64,000 nucleotides of DNA from assembly GCA_963703955.1 (NCBI GenBank), contig CAVPGK010000015.1, forward strand, positions 64,001 to 128,000, in the 5' to 3' direction. The translations under genes and the position numbers were made by a program. A model generated the notes under the pieces. That model saw only the letters and a program-made list of their open reading frames with translations, was not told the origin of the DNA and made no database searches. Position 1 is the stretch's first letter. Every line of letters starts with the position of its first letter. Shown one piece after another: positions 33,175-43,069 of the stretch. Origin of the DNA: Nitrospirota bacterium (GTDB taxonomy: Bacteria; Nitrospirota; Nitrospiria; Nitrospirales; Nitrospiraceae).

Positions 33175-34146
33175 ATGCGAGACTATCTGGAATTTGAAAA
33201 GCCGATCCGTGAGATCGAAGAACGGATTGAAAAGCTGGTCGGAGCGGGAGCCACTAAACCATCGGTCCAAGAAGAAATTCGTAAGCTCAAAGCTCGCCTT
33301 GTGCAAACCGAGATCGAGTTGTACACCAAGTTGACGCCATGGCAACGGACTCAGTTAGCCCGGCACGCACAGCGACCCGCCGTCTTGGACTACATCGGGG
33401 GGTTCTGCCGCGATTTCATCGAGTTCCATGGAGACCGCTCATTTGGTGAAGATCGCGCCATCGTAGGAGGGTTCGCCCGGTTTAATGGAGAATCGGTGAT
33501 GACGATCGGCCACATGAAAGGTAAGACACTAAAAGAACGCATGGAGCGGAATTTCGGCATGCCCAACCCGGAGGGCTACCGCAAGGCCTTGCGGTTGATG
33601 CGCATGGCTGAAAAATTTCAACGCCCGATCCTGACGTTTATCGATACACCCGGGGCATATCCGGGCATCGGTGCAGAAGAGCGAGGACAAGCGGAAGCCA
33701 TTGCGCGCAATCTTCTTGTCATGTCACGGCTGACCGTGCCGATAATCTCCATCGTCATCGGAGAGGGCGGGAGTGGCGGAGCCCTCGCACTTGGTATCGC
33801 CGACCGATTGCTCATGCTCGAACATTCGGTTTACTCAGTCATCTCGCCGGAGGGATGTGCCGCGATCTTGTGGGATGATCCGACAAAGGTACCGGATGCG
33901 GCGGCGACCCTGAAGCTCACAGCCGGTGATCTTCTCGAATTGGGGGTGATCGACGAAGTGATTCCTGAACCAGTGGGCGGAGCGCATCGGGATCCGCAGA
34001 CCACAGCGGAGCGAGTGGCCAAAGCCCTCTCCAACCACCTGACTCAGGTTCAGGAACTCTCACCAGAAGAATTACTGATCAGGCGGGACGAAAAATACCG
34101 ACGGATGGGAACCATCTCGATACCTCATCAGCCACCGGTCTCATAA
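33175..34146 (+). CDS. accA: Acetyl-CoA carboxylase carboxyltransferase alpha subunit
   Basis: YLEFEKPI, FGMPNPEGYRKALR, DTPGAYPGIGAEERGQ, GEGGSGGALA. Confidence 0.97.
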   Translation: MRDYLEFEKPIREIEERIEKLVGAGATKPSVQEEIRKLKARLVQTEIELYTKLTPWQRTQLARHAQRPAVLDYIGGFCRDFIEFHGDRSFGEDRAIVGGFARFNGESVMTIGHMKGKTLKERMERNFGMPNPEGYRKALRLMRMAEKFQRPILTFIDTPGAYPGIGAEERGQAEAIARNLLVMSRLTVPIISIVIGEGGSGGALALGIADRLLMLEHSVYSVISPEGCAAILWDDPTKVPDAAATLKLTAGDLLELGVIDEVIPEPVGGAHRDPQTTAERVAKALSNHLTQVQELSPEELLIRRDEKYRRMGTISIPHQPPVS

Positions 34147-34248
34147 GTCGTTTTCACTGGCTCATCTATCCGGCATCGCCTTACTTCCTCAACCCATTCG
34201 CAGACTCACACTGAACGGAATAGAAGTGAGCCCGCGTGAGTCCTTGGG

Positions 34249-34527
34249 TCACGGATTTTGCCACATCGCGCCTTCGTACGTTGGATTCAATTGATGGGTG
34301 AGCTTGATTGTGTCGCCGTCTCGAACAATAGAATCCAGAAAGGCGACTTTTCGATTGACCGTGACTAGTAATTCACTTTTATTCATGAACGGCAAGAGAC
34401 CAGCCAGCTTACCGGAATTGGACTCGATCAGAGCCTTGACCGTGACGGCGCCGGTCACCTCAACTTTCAGTTCCGATTCTCCGATGCTGTCTCGCAATGT
34501 TAGACCAAACAATAAGACTGTGACCAT
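34249..34527 (-). CDS. ThiS/MoaD-like (beta-grasp) protein lacking the C-terminal Gly-Gly
   Basis: MVTVLLFG..LR, TVKALI and VTVN......DSIVRDGDTI pattern; ends EGAMWQNP. Confidence 0.75.
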   Translation of the reverse strand: MVTVLLFGLTLRDSIGESELKVEVTGAVTVKALIESNSGKLAGLLPFMNKSELLVTVNRKVAFLDSIVRDGDTIKLTHQLNPTYEGAMWQNP

Positions 34528-34723
34528 GGCGCATCGACCTTTTCACCTGTTCCTGGGACGCACCGATGCTCTGCTAAGCGGAGCACGCCAAGAAACACCC
34601 TCACCTACCACAAGGTTCCGACCTTGCACAAGCTCAGAATAGGATTTGGCTTTCTCTCACCGCGAGGAGGTGGGAGGGAGTCTCTTACTCGGCGTTGTAT
34701 TTATCAACTCGTCAACAGACCGA

Positions 34724-35638
34724 TCATACCGGCATTTTGATTTCGCTCAGATCCGGTGTAAAAGACATTCGATGGGTAACCGCTGTATGAAATAGATTGG
34801 CCGGTGTCTCCGCGTCAAATGGAAATGTGGCCGTGCCGAATTCTAGGTTCAGATTCAAGTCTGGAGATAGGTGAGCAATAGCCAGTTCAAATCTTGCCGC
34901 GATTCGCCGGCTCACAGAACGCGCTCCCTGGCTATCCGATTGCGGCAGCAGGACCGCAAATTCGTCCTCAGCAATGCGGCAAGCATAATCGTGCCCGCGC
35001 AGAGCGGCCTTGCAGGCACATGCCATCCTCACGAGCACAGCATTGCTCACTGAGAGACCGTGTGCGAGATGCACCGCCCTCCAATTGCGCAGTGAGAAGA
35101 AGAGCAGCGCACACGAATAGCCGTAACGCTCCGACCGATCCAACTCGTGCATCATATATCGATCAAAGACGCGTCGAGAGCACAAATCGGTGAGCGGGTC
35201 AATATCGGCATTTTGAGCCGCATGGTCATGGCGAGCGCCGACAAGTTCAAGCCTCTTTTCCTCCAGACGAAAGATGAACCCCTCCAGAGCTGTCACCGTT
35301 TCGTTAATGCTGGCCTTCGTGCTCGCATTGATCCGAAGGTTCTGGGATGCGCGCGCTTCAGGTGAAGATTTTCCGAAAATCTCGCCGATCGACTGTCGGA
35401 CTTGCCTCTCAGTCATCACAATCTCTCTGCGCGCGTGGAACTGAAGCGCCTCGTCCGGCACACGATGCCCATCAGCACTGTTTTTGCCGGTATCGTCGAA
35501 TGAGGGGACGTCTTTCTCTAGGTCTTTAACCTGTTCAATTAGATGCCGCAAGCCCTCGATGCCGTGCGCGATCTCCTCGGGCGACGTAAGAACCTTATGA
35601 TGGGCAAGAGGTTGCGCGGCTGAGCTATTGTCTCGCAT
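34724..35638 (-). CDS. Degenerate GGDEF-domain protein
   Basis: DPLTDLCSRR, ELDRSERY, LRGHDYACRIAEDEFAVLLP, FGTATFP; AGGAG RBS. Confidence 0.85.
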   Translation of the reverse strand: MRDNSSAAQPLAHHKVLTSPEEIAHGIEGLRHLIEQVKDLEKDVPSFDDTGKNSADGHRVPDEALQFHARREIVMTERQVRQSIGEIFGKSSPEARASQNLRINASTKASINETVTALEGFIFRLEEKRLELVGARHDHAAQNADIDPLTDLCSRRVFDRYMMHELDRSERYGYSCALLFFSLRNWRAVHLAHGLSVSNAVLVRMACACKAALRGHDYACRIAEDEFAVLLPQSDSQGARSVSRRIAARFELAIAHLSPDLNLNLEFGTATFPFDAETPANLFHTAVTHRMSFTPDLSEIKMPV

Positions 35639-35972
35639 AAGTCAACTCCTTTATCCAGTCCTAACCGGGTTTCATCAAACCATGGCCCGCCTCTAATCCT
35701 GGTACAAAACCGGAACTACTAGACAGCAAACAACAGGCCTCTATGGTGAAGCTTTCAAGATGTTAATTAAACAAGGGGTTGTGGAGCATAACCGCCTTCA
35801 CTCATGGTCTTCTCGAAGCACGTGAGACGCCGTCGTGTCTCAAGCTGGTCTCAGGTGAATCATGACAGCAGGGATGTAAGGCGGGGGAGACTTACCCCCT
35901 CCCAAACCTAGAGGCAAAGGATGAGTCGAAAATTCAACTAACGGATCTGGGATGGCTACGTCAGCCGTCCGG

Positions 35973-37283
35973 TCATTCAATTCGTAACGGCACGTTCCGT
36001 TGTGAATGGATTTGTTGACTGAACCGTAGCGCGACGGTCGCCGTCGCAAACATCATGATTGCAATTCCGACAATGCTGACGTGCTCACCGAACTCCTGTG
36101 TCACCCAGCCGAAGGTTGTCATTCCACTCATCGCGGCAGCCATCGCCCCGGTACCGTAGAGGGTCAGCGCTCGGCCGATCATATCCGCAGGAGACAGCTC
36201 TTGTAGCACACCCCAGGCGATCGGAGTAAACACCCCGATCCCCCCACCAATGATGCTCATCAGGAGTGCCGCCACAAGGCGATCAGGAGACCATAAGAGA
36301 CCGCAGAGAGCCACGCCGCTCATTGCACTCGCGATGGCGATCCCAAGCACCCGCTGATGCAAGGACCACCTCGTTAGCTTGACCAATCCTAGAGACACCA
36401 CGAATAGCCCGACGCCCAGAGCGGACCAGAGATATCCAACCTCGATCGGCCCAAGGTCCAGCATTGTCCTTCCGAAGACTGGGAAGAGTGTGGAGAACGC
36501 GCTGGTCCCAAAACTGTACAACGCGGCCGTCACTATTAGAAGCAAGATCGTCCGCTGCCGGACGAAGACAAACCGGATGCCCTCGACCAGATCGCAGCGA
36601 ATGGACGCAGCCACGGTGGCGACCCTCTGAGAAGAGGAGACAGCCGAGAAACGAACTGGCAGGAGACAGGCGGCCGAAAGCAAATACGTGGCTGCGTTCA
36701 CACAGAGAACCTCTTGAGAGCTATAGGCCGCGATCCCAATCCCGCTGAGGAGTGACCCCAGTATGGCCCCCACGCTGGTTGTGGTCTGCAATAATGCATT
36801 TGCAGCGGTAAACTGCGAGCGCTCAACTAGAAGTGGAATCGAGGCAGTGAGGGCGGGCCCAAAAATCGCGGTGACGATGGCGTGTAAGAAGACCAGGAGG
36901 TACAGGGTTTCCACAGTGAACGAGTCAATTCCCATCCAGCAGGGAATAAGTCCGATCAAGACTGCGCGCAAGATGTCGATCCCGATAAGGATTGGCTTCT
37001 TTGGCAGCCGATCCAAATAGACCCCGATGAGCGGGCCAAGGAGGATCGGCGGGATCGTCTGCAACATGCCGATGACCGTGGTTTTCAGCGGCGAACCGGT
37101 GATTGAATACACGAACCACAGCATGGCGAGCTTGGTTACACCATCACCGATCTGCGAAGCCACTTGGCTCCACCACACAAGCCCAAAGTCTCGAGTGAAC
37201 ACCAAGGGTCGCCGGTTTGATAGTAGATGCCCGCTCACTTGAAGAAACCCGATATCCATCGCGCACGATCTGCAATCACTCAT
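35973..37283 (-). CDS. MFS transporter (DHA3/Mef-like)
   Basis: RDFGLVW.SQ.ASQIGD, GVYLDRLPKK, FGPA..A.IP, ANAL; GAGGAG RBS before ATG 37283. Confidence 0.88.
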   Translation of the reverse strand: MSDCRSCAMDIGFLQVSGHLLSNRRPLVFTRDFGLVWWSQVASQIGDGVTKLAMLWFVYSITGSPLKTTVIGMLQTIPPILLGPLIGVYLDRLPKKPILIGIDILRAVLIGLIPCWMGIDSFTVETLYLLVFLHAIVTAIFGPALTASIPLLVERSQFTAANALLQTTTSVGAILGSLLSGIGIAAYSSQEVLCVNAATYLLSAACLLPVRFSAVSSSQRVATVAASIRCDLVEGIRFVFVRQRTILLLIVTAALYSFGTSAFSTLFPVFGRTMLDLGPIEVGYLWSALGVGLFVVSLGLVKLTRWSLHQRVLGIAIASAMSGVALCGLLWSPDRLVAALLMSIIGGGIGVFTPIAWGVLQELSPADMIGRALTLYGTGAMAAAMSGMTTFGWVTQEFGEHVSIVGIAIMMFATATVALRFSQQIHSQRNVPLRIE

Positions 37284-37382
37284 CCGCCTTGAACTCCTCT
37301 ATCAGCTCTCCCCACACGGCCGTTTCCCACTGCTACAGAGGACAATCAATCTTCACGCGTCTCTTGCAACGAAAATGGGGTG

Positions 37383-37399
37383 AGCAACCGCGATGCCAA
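37383..37399 (-). promoter_or_regulatory. sigma54-type promoter upstream of the MFS gene
   Basis: Minus strand TTGGCATCGCGGTTGCT: TGGCA with GG-N10-GC spacing, about 100 nt upstream of the start. Confidence 0.7.
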
Positions 37400-37673
37400 C
37401 CTTGGTGGCGACCAGACGAGAGACTGATGCCTTGGTGCGAACATTTCATTTCATAAAACAAACCTGATACTTAGAAGACTTTTGTAAGGTAGGCTTATCG
37501 AAGCACCAGGGAAGGAGCAAACGAGCTAGTTTATCTAAAAGGATACTTAGCGGTATCGAATCCGGTCATATTTTCTGTCATCTGTAGCGGAAAGCCCACA
37601 AGGCAGCTCGGATCCTGAAGCGTTGTGCCGTTTCTTGCGCATTCCGTCCAAACTCCCCTTGAACAGGTTAGGT

Positions 37674-38505
37674 GGTAAATCGGCCCCGGTTTCTTTGGAC
37701 AGTGGTTTGGATCACAATACTGTTCAAGGAGGCCAGGCATGGATCGACCGTCATCGAAATCTTCAAAGGAGCCAGCGCCGCCTCGTGAGGGGGCACCGGA
37801 GCTGTCGGAGCATTGGAGTGCGCACCGGAAGACGGAATTGGTCCTGCGTCTGCTGCGAGACGAATCGCTGGACAGCATCTCCCGCGAGAGCCAAGTTCCC
37901 GCGCATGAGCTGGAGAGCTGGCAACGCGCGTTTCTTGAAGCTGGCGCCAGGAGCTTCAAGCGCCAGACTGATCCTGAGGAGCGGGAGCTTCTACGGACCC
38001 GGGCCAAATTAGGGGAAGTGATGATGGGCTCGAGCTGGCCGAGGATCTGCTCGAAAAAAAAGGATATGGTGAGGAATTGAAGAAGCGCAGGCCATGAAGA
38101 CCCAGATCAGTCCCAGCACTGGTCGGCGTCATCCCCTTACGCTGATCCTGCCGTGTGTATCGGGTGCCGCGCTCGAGTGTCTATGCGATCCGGCCGAGGT
38201 CGAGGCCGATCACGGTCAGCAAGCGCAGACCAAAAACGCGGGCCAGTGATACGGATCTGCTCATAGCCATTCGCCAGGTCCTGGCCGCCAGTCCCTTCCA
38301 TGGGGAAGGGTAGAGGCGCGCGCGTGGGTGGCAAACGCGTCTTGCGCTGGATGCGGCAGCACAGGCCTCCTAGCGCCCCGCCGCTTGGGCCCGCCAAATG
38401 GCAACCCTGCCCACGATAGGCGCATCATCACGGATCGGCCCAATGTGGCCCGGGCAAGGACCTGGGATTCGATTTGGGTGCTGTCCAAGACAAGTCCTGC
38501 GGTAG
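37674..38505 (+). mobile_element. Degenerate, internally deleted IS3-family element
   Basis: orfA WSAHRKTELVLRLLR..SLDSISRE (HTH). orfB starts MKTQISPSTGRR..CRVYRVPRSSVY, has a stop and frameshifts, and ends before the DDE core. Imperfect ends ...TTCTTTGGACAG and CTGTCCAAGA. Confidence 0.8.
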
Positions 38506-39025
38506 CTATTTTGGCAAGAGCGATCAATCCCATCTATTACGCTAAGCAATTCATCACTCACTGAATTCGCTTAGGGTTAGCAAGCACAACGATCTCTCAA
38601 CGGACGTCAGGATCGTAAAGCAATGGTGGTCTGTGAAGCAGACGCCCGAGAGCACACGGACAGGTTTCTTCTGCATCCGACTTGGACCTTAGTGACTTAG
38701 TGAAGGTATCTGCCGGTCCATTGGGTTCGAAGGCGGGACTTCCCAGACCGGCTGTTATTGGAGGACGTGAATTTGATCCCGATACTCCTGTTGTGAGGCA
38801 AGTGCACTGCAATATTTATTCATTGACTTCAATATGGACTGATCGTACCGTAGCGTAATCACCTAAGAATTTAGGTTAGTTGTGGTTCCGTGGCCTGTGG
38901 CCGTGGTCAGGCCATTCGCGGACAATTAGCAATTGCTCTAGGCAGCATCATAAGGATCGATCGGTGAACCTCCCCTGATTTTGTGGACACCTCTTAGGCA
39001 TAATGCCAAGAAGGAGGTGTATCCG

Positions 39026-39306
39026 ATGAAGAGAGACCGACGAATATTAGTTCGGAGTTCAAGCAGGAGGCCATCGCACTGGTGCGCCGCAGTGGCCAGA
39101 GTGCCAATCAGGTGGCAAAGGAACTGGGGATCAATCAAACCACGTTGAGCCGATGGCAGCGTGAGGCCAATAGCACGCTGCCGGGGACGAATGGATTTCA
39201 GGCGGCGGAGGAACTCAAACAGTTACGCCGTGAAGTTGAACGGCTTCGCATGGAGCGGGACATCCTAAAAAAGGCGGCAGCCTTCTTCGCCAAGGAGTCG
39301 GCATGA
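39026..39306 (+). CDS. IS3 transposase OrfA (one base missing near 39048)
   Basis: AGGAGG RBS, then MKRDRRI/(F)SSEFKQEAIALVRRSG...ERDILKKAAAFFAKESA. Confidence 0.85.
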
Positions 39307-40178
39307 GGTATGGCTTCATTCAGGCGGAGAAGGCGCAGTATCCCGTCGAGATGTTGTGTCGGGTCATGGCCGTCGCTCGTAGTGGGTTCTATGCTTGGCG
39401 TCGGCACCCCGAGAGGGCGCGCGATCGAGCGAATCACTGGCTGGGGGCACACCTGCGGGCATGTTATCAGGAATTTCGAGGACGGTATGGGAGTCCGCGT
39501 CTGCATCGGGAACTCCAGGCCCGAGGGATTCGCGTCGGCCGTCATCGCGTGGCCCGGCTGATGCGGCTGCACGGTCTGCGGAGTATCTGCCGTCGCCACT
39601 ATCGGCGGCCACGGCCGTGTCCTCCAGAGATGATGGCCGCCAACGACTTGCAGCGGAACTTCACGGCCACCCGCCCGAATCACAAATGGGTGGGCGACAT
39701 CACGTACATTGCGACCCGCGAGGGCTGGCTGTATCTCGCCGTGTTGTTGGATCTTTATTCTCGGCGCATTGTGGGATGGGCCATGGGGACGCAGATGACC
39801 ACGGCCCTGACCATGCAGGCATTGGAGATGGCCCTGCACCAGCGTCCGGCCGTGTCAGGGTTGCTCCATCATTCGGACCGAGGCTGTCAGTATGCCGCCG
39901 TCACCTACCAGCAACGGCTGACTGCCCTGGGGATTCACGGCTCGATGAGTCGCCCCGGCAATTGTTGGGACAATGCGGTGGTGGAAAGCTTCTTTGCCAC
40001 GCTGAAGACCGAACTGGTCCATCACCGACGGTTTCAGACACGGCAGGAGGCCAAGACCGAGATCTTCGAGTATCTGGAAGGGTTCTATAATCGGCGGCGG
40101 CGGCATTCCACCTTGGGCTATCTCAGCCCGGCGGAGTTTGAACGGCAGGCAGGGCAAGTCATACGGGCTGTCCACTAA
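39303..40178 (+). CDS. IS3 transposase OrfB (DDE integrase core)
   Basis: WVGDITYI, HHSDRGCQY, GNCWDNAVVESFF, YNRRRRHSTLGY. Confidence 0.95.
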   Translation: MRYGFIQAEKAQYPVEMLCRVMAVARSGFYAWRRHPERARDRANHWLGAHLRACYQEFRGRYGSPRLHRELQARGIRVGRHRVARLMRLHGLRSICRRHYRRPRPCPPEMMAANDLQRNFTATRPNHKWVGDITYIATREGWLYLAVLLDLYSRRIVGWAMGTQMTTALTMQALEMALHQRPAVSGLLHHSDRGCQYAAVTYQQRLTALGIHGSMSRPGNCWDNAVVESFFATLKTELVHHRRFQTRQEAKTEIFEYLEGFYNRRRRHSTLGYLSPAEFERQAGQVIRAVH

Positions 40179-40265
40179 ATCGGGGAAAGATCACGGAGAA
40201 AACTACGACCCTAGTTCGTAAGGCTGCATAAAGACTGCGTCCTCCTCAAGGACAGGAGTCCGCAC

Positions 40266-41421
40266 CTAGCGGTGCGTCCCAGAAATACGTTCACAAGGTC
40301 GACGGACTTTGGCGAGGATCGAATCAGCGGTCGCGGTTCACGCAAAGGGCCGGGCCTTGCTGTGGTAAGTCTGCACGACGTACTCAATCTTGCCGACCAG
40401 CTCCCTGACGCTCCGGAAGGAGCCGCGGCGAATAGCCTGTTGGGAGATGCGGCGGAACCAGATCTCCACCTGGTTGAGCCAGGAGGCATACGTCGGCGTG
40501 TAGTGGACATGGTAGCGGGGGTGTGATGCCAGCCACATCCGGACTTTCGGGGGCTTATGCGTGGCATAGTTATCGACGATCAGGTGGATCGCCAAGTCCG
40601 AGGGCACGCTGACGTCGATATGCCGCAGAAACGCAAGGAATTCCTGATGCCGGTGCCGGCGCCGACATTGACTGATGATCGCCCCGGTGGCCACGTTCAG
40701 GGCGGCGAACAAGGTCGTGGTGCCGTGGCGTACGTAGTCATGCGTCACCCCTTCGACGTAGCCCAGGCCCAGGGGGAGGATGGGTTGCGTGCGATCCAAT
40801 GCCTGGACTTGTGTTTTCTCATCCACACACAGCACCAACGCCTTGTCGGGGGGATTGAGGTACAGCCCCACGGATCTTCTCGACGAAGAACGGATCGGTG
40901 GAGAGCTTGAAGGTGTGCTGCCGATGGGGCTGAAGCCCAAACGCCTGCCAGACGCGCTGGATGGTGGATTTAGGGATGCCGGTGAGTCCTCCATCATGCG
41001 ACAACTCCACTGCGTGCTGGCCGCGGGCTTCGTGCGCAGTGTCCTGGTGATCAAAGCGGCAATCTCCTCGTCGGCGCGCGAGCGCGGCCGTCCGGGGCGG
41101 AGCTCATCATGGAGGCCGGCCAGGCGATCGCGGATGAACCGCTGCCGCCACGGACGGCCGCGCTTGTCACCGCCAGCTTCTGGGCGAGCGCGGCATTGCT
41201 CAGCCCCTCATGCGACAACAGGATCATGCGAGCGCGAGTCCCGAGACCGTGAGAGATCGCGCGTGCCGTGATGAGACTTTGCAACTGAGCCACTTTGTCC
41301 GTCGTCACAGTCAACGCAGCTTTCGGTCGGTCGGTCTTCATATGGGCACCTCCTTGTACGAGATGCGCACAGAAGATGCAAGACATGACACATGCCTGCT
41401 ACTTTTGGGACACTACCCTAG
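40266..41421 (-). mobile_element. IS630-family element with frameshifted transposase (41341 to 40266)
   Basis: Fragments VDEKTQVQALDR, DYVRHGTTTLFAAL, IVDNYATH, PTYASWLNQVE and terminal CERISGTHR*. CTAG at both ends with imperfect inverted repeats (GTCCCAGAAA / GTCCCAAAAG). Confidence 0.9.
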
Positions 41422-41494
41422 CACGAGTTGCAACTTTTCAGACGGGTGGTTTTTCTGCTCCACAGGAACAAAATTCGACGAAAGGAATCAAGAA

Positions 41495-42598
41495 ATGAGA
41501 GTCAGAACTCTCGTCGTGGATGACGATGAGGACATCCTCACGATTCTTCGGGACCATTTACAGAGTCGAGGACATGAAGTGAGCTGCGCTGCAGATGGTC
41601 AAACGGCCTTGGACCAGTTGATGCAAGGGCTGCCCGACCTAGTATTTCTCGATATAGAGATGCCGAAGGTCAAGGGACTCCAGCTGCTTCGGCATATTCG
41701 ACAAACCTGGCCAGAACTGCCCGTCATTATCATGACAGCCCACGGTAGCATTTCTGTGGCAGTTCAAGCGATGAAAGAGGGGGCAAATGACTTCATCACC
41801 AAGCCACTCGATTTTCGGCAGCTCGGCATGACCATTTTCAAAGCGATGGAGCGGAAAGAATTAAGTGCGGAAGTGGCAAAATTGTTAGGCGAAATTAGTC
41901 ATGAGGTCAAGAACTTGCTGCAACCCATGGTTTGCGGGACGGATCTGCTTGAATCCGAGATCGGTGATCTACTGAAAAGGCTTCCGAAAGTGGAAACCAT
42001 ACAAGCTGAGGAAAGCCACAAGCTATGCGACGAAGTGATCGACATGCTTCGGAATACTACCGGACGCATGCAGGATCGTATGAAGTCGATTGCGGATTAT
42101 GTCAACCTTATGAGGAAGCCCCTGACCTTTAGTCCCTGCACAATAGCGAGAGTTGCGGAGCAAGTCTTATCGGTTCTGGGCCGAGTGGCTGAGGCGAATG
42201 GAATCGTGTTACGGTGTGAGGGGTTAAATAATCTGCAACCGGTTACAGCCGATGAAGGTCGGCTTTTCACTGTGCTCTACAACTTGGTTAATAATGCCCT
42301 TGCAGCCGTGCCGAGAGGAGGATCTATTACCATACAAGGTGAAGCGGACCTCCTGGTCGACGCTATTCGGCTTGCCGTGAAGGATACAGGGCGAGGGATG
42401 ACCCAGGAGGTTCGGGATACTCTCTTTACGGATCAGACGATAAGTCGAAAAATCGGGGGGACGGGCCTCGGAATCAAGATCGTTAAGGAAGCAGTGGAGG
42501 CTCACGGCGGGCAGATTTCCGTGGAAAGCATTCCCGGAGGCGGGACGACCTTTCATATTCTTCTCCCTTTCCAACCACGCGTCAGATCTTCTGCTTGA
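41495..42598 (+). CDS. Hybrid sensor: receiver domain plus histidine kinase
   Basis: LVVDDD, FLDIEMP, DFITKP; H-box ISHEVKN; NLVNNA, DTGRGM, GGTGLG. Confidence 0.92.
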   Translation: MRVRTLVVDDDEDILTILRDHLQSRGHEVSCAADGQTALDQLMQGLPDLVFLDIEMPKVKGLQLLRHIRQTWPELPVIIMTAHGSISVAVQAMKEGANDFITKPLDFRQLGMTIFKAMERKELSAEVAKLLGEISHEVKNLLQPMVCGTDLLESEIGDLLKRLPKVETIQAEESHKLCDEVIDMLRNTTGRMQDRMKSIADYVNLMRKPLTFSPCTIARVAEQVLSVLGRVAEANGIVLRCEGLNNLQPVTADEGRLFTVLYNLVNNALAAVPRGGSITIQGEADLLVDAIRLAVKDTGRGMTQEVRDTLFTDQTISRKIGGTGLGIKIVKEAVEAHGGQISVESIPGGGTTFHILLPFQPRVRSSA

Positions 42599-42781
42599 GG
42601 AAGCTCGGGCGTGGGGCCTGATTGTCCACTAGTGCTGCCATGGAACACGGTCGTGGGGCCGTGGCGGACAGAGTCGTAAGTCGCGCCCTCGGCATATCCA
42701 GACCTCAGTGGGAGGATGTGCTGCAACTGGGTTCTTGTCTTATTCCTGGCGTTGGAGTATCAGTCTTGCCTCTGTTGCTGA

Positions 42782-43069
42782 TCAGTGACGGCTTTTCACT
42801 ATCTCCACGAATGGAAGGTTGGTCTTCGCTGTTTCCGCTCGCCGGTGGCAGCGGAAACAGTCCTGGCGTTTTGGATGGCGAGTCGGCACAGGCCGGCTCG
42901 CCTCAGCCGCATGACACCGGCTACATTCCTTTTCCGATGTAAGGGCTCGATGATCGGCGGTGTCCGGCACCTGAGGATTCCGGTCCCGAGGCGTGGGCAA
43001 CAATGAGACAAATAGAATGACCACCCCGACGGCGAGGAGAAAGATCCAGTCAGCCTTGCGGAGCGTCAT
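42782..43069 (-). CDS. Small membrane-anchored diheme cytochrome c
   Basis: N-terminal TM helix; CSRCH and CFRCH, each preceded by a His. ATGA overlap with the upstream oxidoreductase. Confidence 0.8.
   Translation of the reverse strand: MTLRKADWIFLLAVGVVILFVSLLPTPRDRNPQVPDTADHRALTSEKECSRCHAAEASRPVPTRHPKRQDCFRCHRRAETAKTNLPFVEIVKSRH

Larger units (their letters stand above)
38965..40193 (+). mobile_element. Full-length IS3-family insertion sequence (1229 bp) with 3-bp target duplication CGG
   Basis: Left end TGAACCTCCCCTGATTTTGTGGACA; right end reverse complement TGATCTTTCCCCGATTTAGTGGACA. CGG at 38962-64 and 40194-96. AAAAAAG slippery site near 39267. Confidence 0.95.

Noticed and set aside
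35640..35970. c-di-GMP riboswitch upstream of the GGDEF gene
   Set aside because: No correctly arranged GEMM-type motifs found on either strand by eye.
41210..41494. N-terminal extension of the hybrid kinase
   Set aside because: Lies largely inside the IS630 element on the opposite strand; RBS-like AAGGAA precedes ATG 41495.
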